Origin: a bacterium | GTDB lineage: Bacteria > JADJOY01 | Reading direction: 5' to 3' | Length of the DNA stretch: 64,000 nucleotides | Assembly (NCBI GenBank): GCA_046331705.1 | Contig: JAXLQJ010000002.1 | Span: 266,370 to 330,369 of the forward strand | Notes under the pieces: model-generated | What the model was told of the DNA's origin: nothing | Seen by the model: the letters and a program-made list of their open reading frames with translations, nothing else | Database searches by the model: none | In this document: positions 29,987-39,602 of the stretch, in pieces | Numbering within the stretch: the stretch's first letter is position 1 | How the letters are laid out: each line of letters starts with the position of its first letter | Position numbers and translations under genes: made by a program

Positions 29987-30831
29987 GCGAAGGTCGTGGT
30001 GAGGCGCGCGAGCGGCCAGTCGCCCGTGAGCTCGATCGCCACCACGTCGCCGGGAGCGAGCGCGGTCACGCCCTGGGGCGTGCCCATGAAGATCAGATCG
30101 CCGGGCTCGAGGGTCATCACGGCGCTGGCGCAGGCGATGATCGCGGCAGGATCGAAGATCATGAGCCCAAGGGACGAGTCCTGACGTACGGCGCCATTGT
30201 GCGAGCCCACGATGCGCATGCGATCGAGCGGGAAGGGGACGCCGGGAGGTGTCAGCCGAATCCACGGTCCCAGCGGACCGAATCCGTCGTAGCCCTTGGC
30301 ACGGGTCCATTGCTCGTCGCGGCGCTGGAGGTCGCGGTTGGAGACGTCGTTGCCGAGGGTGATTCCCGCGACGTACCGCCACGCGTCGTGGGCTGGGATG
30401 GCGCGTCCGCGCTCGCCGATGACCACCACCAGCTCGCTCTCCATGTCGGTGCGCTCGAATCCGCGCGGCAGCGCGACGGTGGCGCCATCGCCGACCAGGC
30501 ACGAGGGAGGCTTGAAGAAGAGCAGCGGTTCCGTGGGGACGTCGTTGCCGAGCTCCTGGGCGTGCGCGCGGAAATTGCGCCCCACCGCGAGGATCTTGCT
30601 GGGGCGGATCGGCGGCGCGAGCGTGAGCGAGCCGACCGGCGCCGTGAACCCGCCGGCGACGGGCTCCGCGGACAGGCGGAGCGCCGGCGGGTCGGAGAGT
30701 GGATCGACGATCTCCTCGGCGAGATCCGCGGGCGTGGGCGGAGCGCCGCTCGTCACGACGCGCAGCGAGCGAATCGAGCCGTCTGGGGCGTGGGCTCGGC
30801 CCAGCCAGGTGGTCGCACCCGCCGCGCTCAC
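29983..30831 (-). CDS. Fumarylacetoacetate hydrolase family protein
   Basis: KILAVGRNF, ESELVVVIG, NDVSNRD, RAKGYD, TLEPGDLIFMGTP. Confidence 0.9.
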   Translation of the reverse strand: MSAAGATTWLGRAHAPDGSIRSLRVVTSGAPPTPADLAEEIVDPLSDPPALRLSAEPVAGGFTAPVGSLTLAPPIRPSKILAVGRNFRAHAQELGNDVPTEPLLFFKPPSCLVGDGATVALPRGFERTDMESELVVVIGERGRAIPAHDAWRYVAGITLGNDVSNRDLQRRDEQWTRAKGYDGFGPLGPWIRLTPPGVPFPLDRMRIVGSHNGAVRQDSSLGLMIFDPAAIIACASAVMTLEPGDLIFMGTPQGVTALAPGDVVAIELTGDWPLARLTTTFA

Positions 30832-31391
30832 GGCAGCGCGGCCTTGCACGCGGGCGTCAGCGTGGCCTCGTGGCTCTTGAGGCATTGCAGGATTCGCCCC
30901 TTGCCCTTCTGGATGCCCGCGCAGTTCTTCGTGACGTCGGCGGCGCAGGCGTCTTCCATCGCGCCCTTGGTCGCCTCGACCTTCTCCTTCAGCTCGGCGC
31001 GGGTGGCTTTCGCCTTCTCGACCTCGGCCCGGCAATCCGCCGTGAGCTTGGACTCGTGGTCGGCGAGGCAGCGCATCACCCGCCCGCGGCCCGCCTCGAT
31101 GCCCTTGCACAACTTCTCCGCATCGTCGGTGCAGCTTTCGGTGATCTCGTCGTGGCGCGCCTTCATCTCCTTCACGTGCGCCTTGCACTCGGGAGAGAGC
31201 TCGTTCTCGTGGCTCACGAGGCATTGGAGGCGGCCCCCGCCGCCGGGCTTCACGTCGGCGCAGAGCTTGGCGCGGTCTGCGGCGCAGGGCCCGGGCGGCG
31301 GACCGGCCCACGCGGTGCTCGCCAGCATCGCCAGCGCAGTGACCAGGCCCGACGAGAACACGACGATCCGGTGACCAAGCGAGGCATGCAT
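30828..31391 (-). CDS. Secreted cysteine-rich repeat protein (GLG1-like repeats)
   Basis: Signal peptide; three CxxDxxxxC...GxGR..CL..H...L...C repeats. Confidence 0.85.
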   Translation of the reverse strand: MHASLGHRIVVFSSGLVTALAMLASTAWAGPPPGPCAADRAKLCADVKPGGGGRLQCLVSHENELSPECKAHVKEMKARHDEITESCTDDAEKLCKGIEAGRGRVMRCLADHESKLTADCRAEVEKAKATRAELKEKVEATKGAMEDACAADVTKNCAGIQKGKGRILQCLKSHEATLTPACKAALP

Positions 31392-31487
31392 GCGGGTTGC
31401 TCCTTGTGGAGGGATTCGAGTGGTGCGTGAAAAGGTAATGCAGGCACGGAGGGGCGGGGAGGCGACGAGGTCCAGGGAGGGCCAGCG

Positions 31488-32126
31488 ATGCCTTCCTTGA
31501 TCACCCACTCGTTGGTGGCGCTCGGCGCGACCCGTGCCTTGGCTGGCGAGCGGGCCGATCGCTCCGTCTACGTCGCTGCGGCGGTGCTCGCGTGCCTGCC
31601 CGACGCGGACGTGGTCGCCTTTCGCTTCGGCATCCCGTACGACCACGCGCTGGGCCATCGGGGGTTCAGCCACTCGCTCGGGTTCGCGCTCGTCACCAGC
31701 CTCGTGACCACGATCGTGCTGTGGCGACGACGGCCCCTGGAGCGCGCGCGTGTGAGCGCATTCCCGTTGTGGATGCTGCTCTTCGCGATGGCGGCGTCGC
31801 ACGGGCTGCTCGATGCGTTCACCAATGGTGGTCATGGCATCGCGTTCGCGTGGCCGTTCACCGCCGAGCGATTCTTCGCGCCGTGGCGCCCGATCCAGGT
31901 GTCGCCGATCGGCATCGGCCAGTTCCTCGGCCCGCGCGGCGTGCGCGTGATCGTCTCGGAGGCGCGCTGGGTGTGGGCACCGCTGCTAGCGTGGGTCGTG
32001 GCGGCAGAGGTCACGCGACGACGAACGCGAGCCGACCTCGCTCGAGCCGTGGCCGCGCCGCACGCGTCGTTAGACTGCGGCGTAGAGGAGGGACCGCTCG
32101 ATGGCCGAGCTTCGGAAGCTGAGTGA
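31488..32126 (+). CDS. YdjM-family membrane metal-dependent hydrolase
   Basis: LPDAD, GHRGFSHS, SHGLLDAFTNGG. Confidence 0.88.
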   Translation: MPSLITHSLVALGATRALAGERADRSVYVAAAVLACLPDADVVAFRFGIPYDHALGHRGFSHSLGFALVTSLVTTIVLWRRRPLERARVSAFPLWMLLFAMAASHGLLDAFTNGGHGIAFAWPFTAERFFAPWRPIQVSPIGIGQFLGPRGVRVIVSEARWVWAPLLAWVVAAEVTRRRTRADLARAVAAPHASLDCGVEEGPLDGRASEAE

Positions 32127-32394
32127 CGAGGAAGCGCACGCGCACCTCGGGGAAGCGGCGGGGTGGTCGATCCGCGACGGAAAGCTCCATCGCGCCTTCG
32201 AGTTCCGCGATTTCGTGGAGGCCTTCGGCTTCATGGCGCGGGTGGCGCTGGTGGCGGAGCGCATGGATCACCATCCCAACTGGTCGAACGTCTACAAGCA
32301 CGTCGTCATCGACCTCTCGACGCACGACGTCGGTGGCTTGAGCACGCGCGACTTCCGCCTCGCCGCCCAGATCAACGACCTGCTCGCGCGCTAG
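32101..32394 (+). CDS. phhB: Pterin-4-alpha-carbinolamine dehydratase
   Basis: FRDFVEAFGFM, DHHP, STHDVGGLS. Confidence 0.92.
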   Translation: MAELRKLSDEEAHAHLGEAAGWSIRDGKLHRAFEFRDFVEAFGFMARVALVAERMDHHPNWSNVYKHVVIDLSTHDVGGLSTRDFRLAAQINDLLAR

Positions 32395-32562
32395 CCAGCG
32401 GATGTCGTCGCCGGGGGCTTTTCGAGCCCGTGGCGCCGCGAAAGGCGGTCTTCGAGGGGCCTCACCCCACGAGTCGCCTCGCCGCGTTCGCGGCGCGCGC
32501 CCGACGCGCGCCATTCGTGCGCGGACAGAATCGGCGCATCTGTCGAGGCGCCTAGGTCAGGA

Positions 32563-33759
32563 CTAGCGAACGCCGCCGCGGGGCAGGTCCTTGAAGGGGA
32601 CGTTCTTGTCGATGCGATCTTCGCGCGGCAGGCCCAAGACCGTCTCCGCCACCACGTTCTTCTGGATCTCGTCGGTGCCGCCGGCGATGTGGAGCGCGGG
32701 TGCGAACAAGAACTGGTTGACCCAGTGGCCCTGGCGAAGCGCGGCGTCGGGGCCGGAGAGCCGCAGCCCGAGGTCGGCCGCCTTGGTCACGACGCGCGCG
32801 ATCCCGAGCTTCATCACCGACGCCTCCGAGGTGGGGTCCATGCCGGCCCCCATCTTGGTGATGACGCGCGCGTTCAAGAGCTCGAGCGTCTTGGCCCAGG
32901 TGTAGAGGCGCGCGAGATCGTCGCGTAGCACGGGATCGAGACGGCTCGCATTGGCGCGCGCGTGCTCCGCCAGCGTCTCGAACTTGAACATGCGCTCGAT
33001 CCCGCCCATCGCCATTCGCTCGTTCATGAGCGTGGTCATGGCCGCGGCCCAGCCCGCGCCTTCGGGACCGAGGCGCGAGGAGTCCGGGATGCGCACGTCG
33101 TTCAGGAAGACCTCGGTGAAGTGGGAGCTGCCGGTCATCTGGCGCAGCGGCCGGATCTCGATGCCCGGCGTCTTCATGTCGACCAGGAAATACGTGATGC
33201 CCTTGTGCTTGGGCACGTCGGGGTTGGTGCGAGCGAGGAGGATGCCGAAGTCGGCGAAATGCCCGCCCGAGCACCACACCTTCTGGCCGCTCACCACCCA
33301 GGAATCGCCGTCGCGCACCGCGCGGGTGGATATTCCGGCGAGGTCCGAGCCCGCGCCGGGTTCGCTGAAGAGCTGACACCACACCTCGTCGCCGCGCAGC
33401 ATCGGCGCCAGATAGCGCGCTCGCTGCTCCTCGCTGCCGTGTCCCATGATCGTGGGGCCGGTCATGCCGATGCCGACCACGAAGATCGACTCACCCAAGC
33501 CGACGCGCGAGAGCTCCTGGTTCCACACGATCTGCTCGATCGGTCCGAGGCCCTTGCCACCGAAGTCCGTGGGCCAGGTGATCGCGCCCCAACCGTTGTC
33601 GAAGAGCGTGCGCTGCCACGCCTTGGAGAGGCGAAGCATGCGCTCGTCGTCGAGATCCTCGGCGTAGTAGTCCCAGCGCTCGGTGGGCGCGTGCTTCTCG
33701 AGGAAGGCGCGCGCTTCGGCGCGGAACGCGGCTTCTTGCGGGGAATCGCGAAAGTCCAT
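32563..33759 (-). CDS. Acyl-CoA dehydrogenase
   Basis: WCQLFSEPGAGSDLA, GQKVW, IAGGTDEIQK. Confidence 0.93.
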   Translation of the reverse strand: MDFRDSPQEAAFRAEARAFLEKHAPTERWDYYAEDLDDERMLRLSKAWQRTLFDNGWGAITWPTDFGGKGLGPIEQIVWNQELSRVGLGESIFVVGIGMTGPTIMGHGSEEQRARYLAPMLRGDEVWCQLFSEPGAGSDLAGISTRAVRDGDSWVVSGQKVWCSGGHFADFGILLARTNPDVPKHKGITYFLVDMKTPGIEIRPLRQMTGSSHFTEVFLNDVRIPDSSRLGPEGAGWAAAMTTLMNERMAMGGIERMFKFETLAEHARANASRLDPVLRDDLARLYTWAKTLELLNARVITKMGAGMDPTSEASVMKLGIARVVTKAADLGLRLSGPDAALRQGHWVNQFLFAPALHIAGGTDEIQKNVVAETVLGLPREDRIDKNVPFKDLPRGGVR

Positions 33760-33887
33760 GAGGGCTCCGTCGGTCTCGCGTCGAGCGTGGGCTTCCCGAG
33801 CGGTCGGCGCCCGCGGCGAGCGAGGGCGTGGAAGAGGACGAAGGCGAGCGCGCCGCCACGCGCCGCGGGTGCTCGCGAAAGCGGGAT

Positions 33888-34082
33888 TCAGCCTTCGACG
33901 ATCTTGAGGGCGCGCTTCGGGCAGCCGAGCACCGCGGCCTCGATCTTGGGGCGCAAGCTCTCGTCCGGGTTCTCGATCTTCAAGTGCAGGTTGTCGTTGG
34001 CGTCGAGTCGAAAGACCTCGGGTGCCTTGCGGCAGCACACGGCGTTGGCCTCGCACAGGTCGTAATCGATCGCGATCCGCAT
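33888..34082 (-). CDS. Small 3Fe-4S-type ferredoxin (FdxD-like)
   Basis: CEANAVC, APEVF, CP. Confidence 0.9.
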   Translation of the reverse strand: MRIAIDYDLCEANAVCCRKAPEVFRLDANDNLHLKIENPDESLRPKIEAAVLGCPKRALKIVEG

Positions 34083-34146
34083 CACGCGCTCCTTCGGGCT
34101 CGAATTCACGTAGACAACTTCGTCGCGAGGACGGATACTAGCACCG

Positions 34147-34166
34147 AAGTGAAACATGTTCTACTT
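34147..34166. promoter_or_regulatory. KstR-type operator
   Basis: AAGTGAAACATGTTCTACTT contains TnnAACnnGTTnnA; lies between the divergent ferredoxin and FadE26-like genes. Confidence 0.8.
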
Positions 34167-34270
34167 TGGCTCGAGCGTCGCGATTCGCTCGCGGCGCAGG
34201 CGGAAATGGCCCCGTAACCGGGGTCTGCTCGCCCCGCGAGCCCCCTCCATCCCCATCTCGAGGAGCACCG

Positions 34271-35455
34271 ATGTACGTCGGGCTGAGACCAGAGCACGAA
34301 GCGCTGCGCGACCAGTTGCGCGCCTACTTCACCGAGCTGATGACGCCCGCGTTGGCCGCCGAGGTCGCGGTCTCCGAGGGGGGTGGCCCCGAGTACATGA
34401 AGGCCTTGAAGAAGATGGCCCAGGACGGCTGGCTCGGGATCGGCTGGCCGACCGAATACGGCGGCCAGGGGCGCTCGGCGATCGAGCAGTACATCTTCGC
34501 CGACGAGTGCCAGCGCTCGGGTTACCCGTTCCCGCTGCTCACCGTCGGCACGGTCGGCCCGACGATCATGATGTACGGCAGCGACGAGCAGAAGGCCGAG
34601 TACCTGCCGCGCATCCTGCGCGGTGAGCTCCACTTCTGCATCGGCTACAGCGAGCCGGGGGCGGGTACGGACCTGGCGTCGCTCAAGACCCGCGCGGTGA
34701 AGGACGAGAAGACCGGCGAGTGGGTCATCAACGGCCAGAAGATCTTCACCAGTCTCGCCCAGTTCGCCGACTACGTCTGGCTCGCCGCGCGCACCGATCC
34801 CGAGGCCCCCAAGCACGACGGCATCACCATCTTCATCGTGCCCACCAACGCGCCGGGCTTCCGCTGGACGCCCATCCACACCGTGGGCGACGTGACCACC
34901 ACCGCCACCTACTACGACGACGTCCGCGTGCCGGCGTCGGCGATCGTGGCGGGCGAGGGGATGGGCTGGGCGCTGATCGTGAACCAGCTCAACCACGAGC
35001 GCATCTCGCTCATGTCGGTGGGGCTCATGGAGCGGCTCTACGAAGAGACGCTCGCGTGGGCCGTCGACACGACCAAGCCGGACGGCGAGCGCGTGATCGA
35101 CGAGGGCTGGGTGCAGCTCAACCTGGCGCGAGTCCGCTCCAAGATCGAGATCCTGAAGCTCCTCAACTGGCGTCAGCTCTGGAACGTGACCCGCGGCGAG
35201 CCCATGAACTACGCCGAGGCCTCCACCGTGAAGGTCTACGGCAGCGAGACCTACATCGAGGTCTACCAGCTGCTGCTCGAGGTGCTCGGCACCGAGGGCC
35301 TGATCCGGCGCGACTCGCCGGGCGCCTTGGTGCGCGGCCACGTGGAGCGGATGTATCGGGCGATGCTCATTCTCACGTTCGGCGGCGGCACCAACGAGAT
35401 CCAGCGCGAGCTCATCGCGATGGCCGGTCTCGCGATGCCGCGCAGCAAGCGCTGA
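34271..35455 (+). CDS. Steroid side-chain acyl-CoA dehydrogenase, FadE26/FadE29-like subunit
   Basis: YFTELMTP, LHFCIGYSEPGAGTDLA, QLNHER, LILTFGGGTNEIQR. Confidence 0.88.
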   Translation: MYVGLRPEHEALRDQLRAYFTELMTPALAAEVAVSEGGGPEYMKALKKMAQDGWLGIGWPTEYGGQGRSAIEQYIFADECQRSGYPFPLLTVGTVGPTIMMYGSDEQKAEYLPRILRGELHFCIGYSEPGAGTDLASLKTRAVKDEKTGEWVINGQKIFTSLAQFADYVWLAARTDPEAPKHDGITIFIVPTNAPGFRWTPIHTVGDVTTTATYYDDVRVPASAIVAGEGMGWALIVNQLNHERISLMSVGLMERLYEETLAWAVDTTKPDGERVIDEGWVQLNLARVRSKIEILKLLNWRQLWNVTRGEPMNYAEASTVKVYGSETYIEVYQLLLEVLGTEGLIRRDSPGALVRGHVERMYRAMLILTFGGGTNEIQRELIAMAGLAMPRSKR

Positions 35456-35484
35456 GCACGGAAGCGCTCACGGAGACGGTGACG

Positions 35485-36651
35485 ATGGATTTCTCGTTCA
35501 GCGAAGAGGAGCTCGCGCTCAAGGACCTGGCGGCGAAGATCTTCGACGGTTGCATCAAGGTCGAGGACTTGCGCGCCATGGAGGCCGGCGCCGAGTGGTT
35601 TCACCGCAAGCTCTGGGACGAGCTCGCCAAGGCGGGCTTGCTCGGCGTGTCGCTGCGCGCTGACGTGGGCGGCGGCGACATGAGCTTTCTCGCCGTCGCG
35701 CTGCTCCTCGAGCAGGTGGGGCGCACGGTGGCGCCGATCCCGCTCTTGCCCACGCTGGTCATGGGTGCGCTACCCATCGATCGTTTCGGCAGCGCGACGC
35801 AGCGCGAGCGCTGGCTGCCGGGGGTGGTGAGCGGCGAGACCGTGCTCTCGGCGGCGCTGATCGAGGGTGCCCACGCCGACCCGCGCAAACCCGTCACCAC
35901 CGCGCGGCGCGACGGCAAGGGCTGGAAGCTCGACGGCGTGAAGCTCGGGGTCCCGGCGGCGGCCTTCGCGGCGCGGGTGCTCGTCCCGGCGTCCACGCCC
36001 GACGGCGGCGTCGTGGTCGCCCTGGTCGATCCCAAGTCCGCGGGCGTCACGCTCGAGAACCAGATCCTCACCACGCGCGAGCCGCATCACCGCATGACGC
36101 TCGCCGGCGTGCGCGTGGAGGATGGTGACCTCCTCGGCGACGCCAAGCAGGGTGCGCAGATCCTGGAATTCATCCTCGATCACACCCTGGCTGGCCTGTG
36201 CGTGATGGAGGTGGGATGCGCCGAGCGCGGCATCCGGCTGATGGCCGAGTACACGAGCCAGCGCGTTCAGTTCGGGCGCCCCATCGCCACGTTCCAGGCG
36301 GTGGCGCAGCGCGCAGGCGATGCCTACATCGACGTGGAGGCCGTGCGCCTCGCGGCGTGGCAGGCCGCGTGGAGGCTCGCGGAAGGGCTTCCGGCCACGG
36401 ACGAGCTGATCATCGCCAAGTTCTGGGCCGCCGAGGGCGGCCATCGGGCGCTCTACGCGGCCCAGCATCTGCACGGCGGCATCGGCGTCGACATGGACTA
36501 TCCGTTGCACCGCTACTACCTGCTCTCGAAGCACATCGAGCTCACGCTCGGCAGCGCCAAGGTTCAGCTCGCGCGTCTGGGCGCCCGTCTCGCGAGCGCG
36601 GATCGCGCCGCGACGGCGAGCGCCCCCGCCCGTGAGGCTCGCGTCGGCTGA
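35485..36651 (+). CDS. Acyl-CoA dehydrogenase partner subunit, FadE27-like
   Basis: MDF start; RVQFGRPIATFQAV, HLHGGIGVDMDYPLHRY; lacks the GTxEI motif. Confidence 0.86.
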   Translation: MDFSFSEEELALKDLAAKIFDGCIKVEDLRAMEAGAEWFHRKLWDELAKAGLLGVSLRADVGGGDMSFLAVALLLEQVGRTVAPIPLLPTLVMGALPIDRFGSATQRERWLPGVVSGETVLSAALIEGAHADPRKPVTTARRDGKGWKLDGVKLGVPAAAFAARVLVPASTPDGGVVVALVDPKSAGVTLENQILTTREPHHRMTLAGVRVEDGDLLGDAKQGAQILEFILDHTLAGLCVMEVGCAERGIRLMAEYTSQRVQFGRPIATFQAVAQRAGDAYIDVEAVRLAAWQAAWRLAEGLPATDELIIAKFWAAEGGHRALYAAQHLHGGIGVDMDYPLHRYYLLSKHIELTLGSAKVQLARLGARLASADRAATASAPAREARVG

Positions 36652-36681
36652 GCCCGCGCGACCTTCAGGAGGATCCTTCCG

Positions 36682-38289
36682 ATGCAGTTCAATCTCGCCG
36701 ATCTGTGGGAATGCGTCGTCGACCACGTGCCCGACCGCGAGGCGATCGTGTGCGGCTCGCGTCGGCTCACGTTTCAGCAAACCGAGGACCGCGCCAATCG
36801 CCTGGCGCACGCGCTCGCTGCGCGCGGCGTCGGCAAGGACGATCGCGTCGGCCTCTATCTCTACAACGGCTCCGAGTACGTCGAGGGCTCGCTGGCGGCG
36901 CACAAGATCCGCGCCGTGCCCATCAACGTGAATTATCGCTACGTCGAGGACGAGCTGCGCTACCTGTTCAAGGACGCGGGGCTCAAGGCGCTCGTCTTCC
37001 ACCGCGAGTTCGCGCCGAAGATCGCGTCCGTGAAGGCCGAGTTCCCGGCGCTCACCGTCTTCCTCCACGTCGAGGACGGCTCGAGCGCGGACCTGAGCGC
37101 GATCGGCTCCACCGAGTACGAGGCGGCGCTCGCCGCCGCCTCGCCGGCGCGGGATTTCGCCGAGCGCTCCGCGGACGATCTCTACGTGCTCTACACCGGC
37201 GGCACCACCGGCATGCCGAAGGGCGTCATGTGGCGCCAGGAAGACCTCTTCATGGCGGCGCTCGGTGGCGGCAACATCGGCGGACCGCCGCTCGAGAAGC
37301 CCGAAGAGATCGGCCCCAAGTCGTGCTCGCGCCCGCAGTTCATCATGATCCCCGCTGCGCCGCTCATGCACGGCTCGGCGCAGTGGGCGGCGTTCATCGC
37401 GCTCTATTCGGGTGACAAGATCGTCATCCCCACCGGCAAGAAATTCGACCCCGACCTGATCTGGCGGCTGGTGGGCGAAGAGAAGGTGAACCAGTTCGCG
37501 CTGGTGGGCGACGCCATGGCGCGCCCCCTCGCCGAGCAGCTCGCGGCGAACCCCGGGAAATACGACACCTCGACGCTCTTCGTCGTGGGCTCGGGCGGCG
37601 CGGTGTTCTCGCAGGCGGTCAAGAAGCAATTCCTGGATCAGCTGCCCAACGCCATGATCTTCGATGGCTTCGGCGGCTCCGAGGTCGGGCACCAAGGCAC
37701 CGGAACGGGCGAGGCGGCGGCGCCGCGGTTCCGCGTCGACGAGCGCACCGGAGTCTTCGATCCGGCGACCATGGAACCGATCGAGCCCGGCTCGGGGAAG
37801 GTGGGGCGTCTCGGCAAGTGCGGCAACATCCCGCTCGGCTACTGGAACGATCCCGAGAAGACCGCCAAGACGTTCTTCACCATCGGCGGCAAGCGCTGGG
37901 TGCTTCCGGGTGACATGGCGTCGATCGAGGCCGACGGCACCATCACGCTCTTCGGCCGCGAGTCGGTGTGCATCAACTCGGGCGGCGAGAAGATCTTCAC
38001 CGAGGAGGTCGAGGCCGCGCTGCGCTCCCACGAGAAGGTCTTCGACGCGATCGTCGTCGGCGTTCCCGACGAGCGCTGGGGCCAGCGGGTCGCCGCCGTG
38101 GTGCAGGCGCGTGCGGGCGAGGCGCCCACGCTCGAGGAGCTGGTGGCGCACTGCCGCACCAAGATCGCCGGCTACAAGGTGCCGCGCCAGCTTCACCTGG
38201 TGAGCGAGCTGGTTCGCCAGCCGAGCGGGAAGCCCGACTTCAAGTGGGCCAAGGCGATCGCAACGGGCGAGACCCCGCTCGCGCGCTGA
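36682..38289 (+). CDS. Acyl-CoA synthetase, FadD19-like
   Basis: FNLADL, NVNYRYVEDEL, YTGGTTGMPKGVMWRQED, GRESVCINSGGEKIF, SGKPD. Confidence 0.9.
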   Translation: MQFNLADLWECVVDHVPDREAIVCGSRRLTFQQTEDRANRLAHALAARGVGKDDRVGLYLYNGSEYVEGSLAAHKIRAVPINVNYRYVEDELRYLFKDAGLKALVFHREFAPKIASVKAEFPALTVFLHVEDGSSADLSAIGSTEYEAALAAASPARDFAERSADDLYVLYTGGTTGMPKGVMWRQEDLFMAALGGGNIGGPPLEKPEEIGPKSCSRPQFIMIPAAPLMHGSAQWAAFIALYSGDKIVIPTGKKFDPDLIWRLVGEEKVNQFALVGDAMARPLAEQLAANPGKYDTSTLFVVGSGGAVFSQAVKKQFLDQLPNAMIFDGFGGSEVGHQGTGTGEAAAPRFRVDERTGVFDPATMEPIEPGSGKVGRLGKCGNIPLGYWNDPEKTAKTFFTIGGKRWVLPGDMASIEADGTITLFGRESVCINSGGEKIFTEEVEAALRSHEKVFDAIVVGVPDERWGQRVAAVVQARAGEAPTLEELVAHCRTKIAGYKVPRQLHLVSELVRQPSGKPDFKWAKAIATGETPLAR

Positions 38290-38363
38290 CGCGCCGCCCG
38301 CGTCCGCGACTCACTTCATTCCGCGTTCCGACGCACGCTCGATCCCACGACCGCGAGGAAAGC

Positions 38364-38921
38364 ATGGGCTACGTATTCGACCCCGAAGTGCTCGCCGAGA
38401 TTGCCAAGAAGGCCGTCGGGCTGCCGCACGATCAGATGTTCCGCACGGTGCACGCGGCCCTCTACGAGCGCTACCCCAAGCACATCCACCCCGAGATCCG
38501 TTGGATCTTCAACAACGCGGGGGGCGCGATGGGGCAGATGACGCTGCTGCACGCGTCGCTGAGCGAGTACCTGCTCTTCTTCGGCACGCCGATCGGCACC
38601 GAAGGCCATTCGGGTCGCTACGTGACGCAGGTGTGGGACTTCATGATGGAAGGCGAGATGTGGTGCTACATCGAGGGCGAGACTCAGCGCACGGTCTACA
38701 CGCCCGGCGAGTACGCGTATCTCGGCAAGAACAAGGTCAAGGGCTATCGCATCCCCGACCATGGCTGGATGCTCGAATACGCCCGCGGCCCCATCCCCGC
38801 GATGGTGCCGTTCGGCCTCGCCGACTCCGTCTTCTCCACCGTCGACTACAAGTGCGTCCTTCGCACCCTCGCCATGTACGGCCAGCTCGTGATCAAGGAG
38901 CTGTTGCAGGGGAAGGTGTAG
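38364..38921 (+). CDS. ERG2 / sigma-1 receptor family protein (sterol C8-isomerase-like)
   Basis: WIFNNAGGAMGQM, LHASLSEYLLFFGTPIGTEGHSGRY, LEYARGPIPAMVPFG, STVD; no N-terminal TM helix. Confidence 0.88.
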   Translation: MGYVFDPEVLAEIAKKAVGLPHDQMFRTVHAALYERYPKHIHPEIRWIFNNAGGAMGQMTLLHASLSEYLLFFGTPIGTEGHSGRYVTQVWDFMMEGEMWCYIEGETQRTVYTPGEYAYLGKNKVKGYRIPDHGWMLEYARGPIPAMVPFGLADSVFSTVDYKCVLRTLAMYGQLVIKELLQGKV

Positions 38922-38924
38922 GCG

Positions 38925-39602
38925 ATGGCCACCAAGTCACGTCGCCCGGCCGCGCTCACGGCCACGAGCTCGAAGTCGCGCACACCGCGCTCGCGCACCA
39001 GCGACCGGAGGCGATCCGAGCCCTCGGAGCGAATCGTGGCGACCGCCATCGAGCTCGCCGAGCGCGGCGGGTTCGAGGCCGTGCGGCTGCGGGACGTCGC
39101 ATCCCACGCCGAGGTCGCGCTCGGCACGCTCTACCGCCGCTTCCGCAGCAAGGAAGACATCCTGGTCGCGGTGCTCGAGCAGGAAGCCGAGCGCCTCGAG
39201 CAGCTGCTGGCCCAGAAGCCGATCCGCGACGCGGACACCCTCGATCGCATCACCTCGTTCTTCAAGACCATCACCAAGCTCCTCACCAGCCGCCCCAACC
39301 TGGCGCGCGCCGTGATCCGCGCGGTGGCCTCGGGTGACGTCGAGGCGATGGCCAAGGTGGCGTCGTTCCATTCGCGGATCACGCGCATGATCACCGCCGC
39401 GATGCGCGGTGCGCCGGCGGACCCGGACGTGGACGAGCCGAGCGAGAAGGAGTTCACGGTCGCTCACCTGCTGCAGCAGATCTGGTTCGCCGCGTTGGTC
39501 GGCTGGGCCGGCGGCTTGAGCGACAAGAACGACGTCGTCGAGCACGTCCGCTTCGCCGCCGACCTCATCCTCCGTGGTGCCGCGGCCACCGATCGCGGAT
39601 GA
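38925..39602 (+). CDS. kstR: TetR-family regulator, KstR-like
   Basis: GGFEAVRLRDVA and VALGTLYRRFRSK resemble the KstR HTH; gene context and operators support the call. Confidence 0.72.
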   Translation: MATKSRRPAALTATSSKSRTPRSRTSDRRRSEPSERIVATAIELAERGGFEAVRLRDVASHAEVALGTLYRRFRSKEDILVAVLEQEAERLEQLLAQKPIRDADTLDRITSFFKTITKLLTSRPNLARAVIRAVASGDVEAMAKVASFHSRITRMITAAMRGAPADPDVDEPSEKEFTVAHLLQQIWFAALVGWAGGLSDKNDVVEHVRFAADLILRGAAATDRG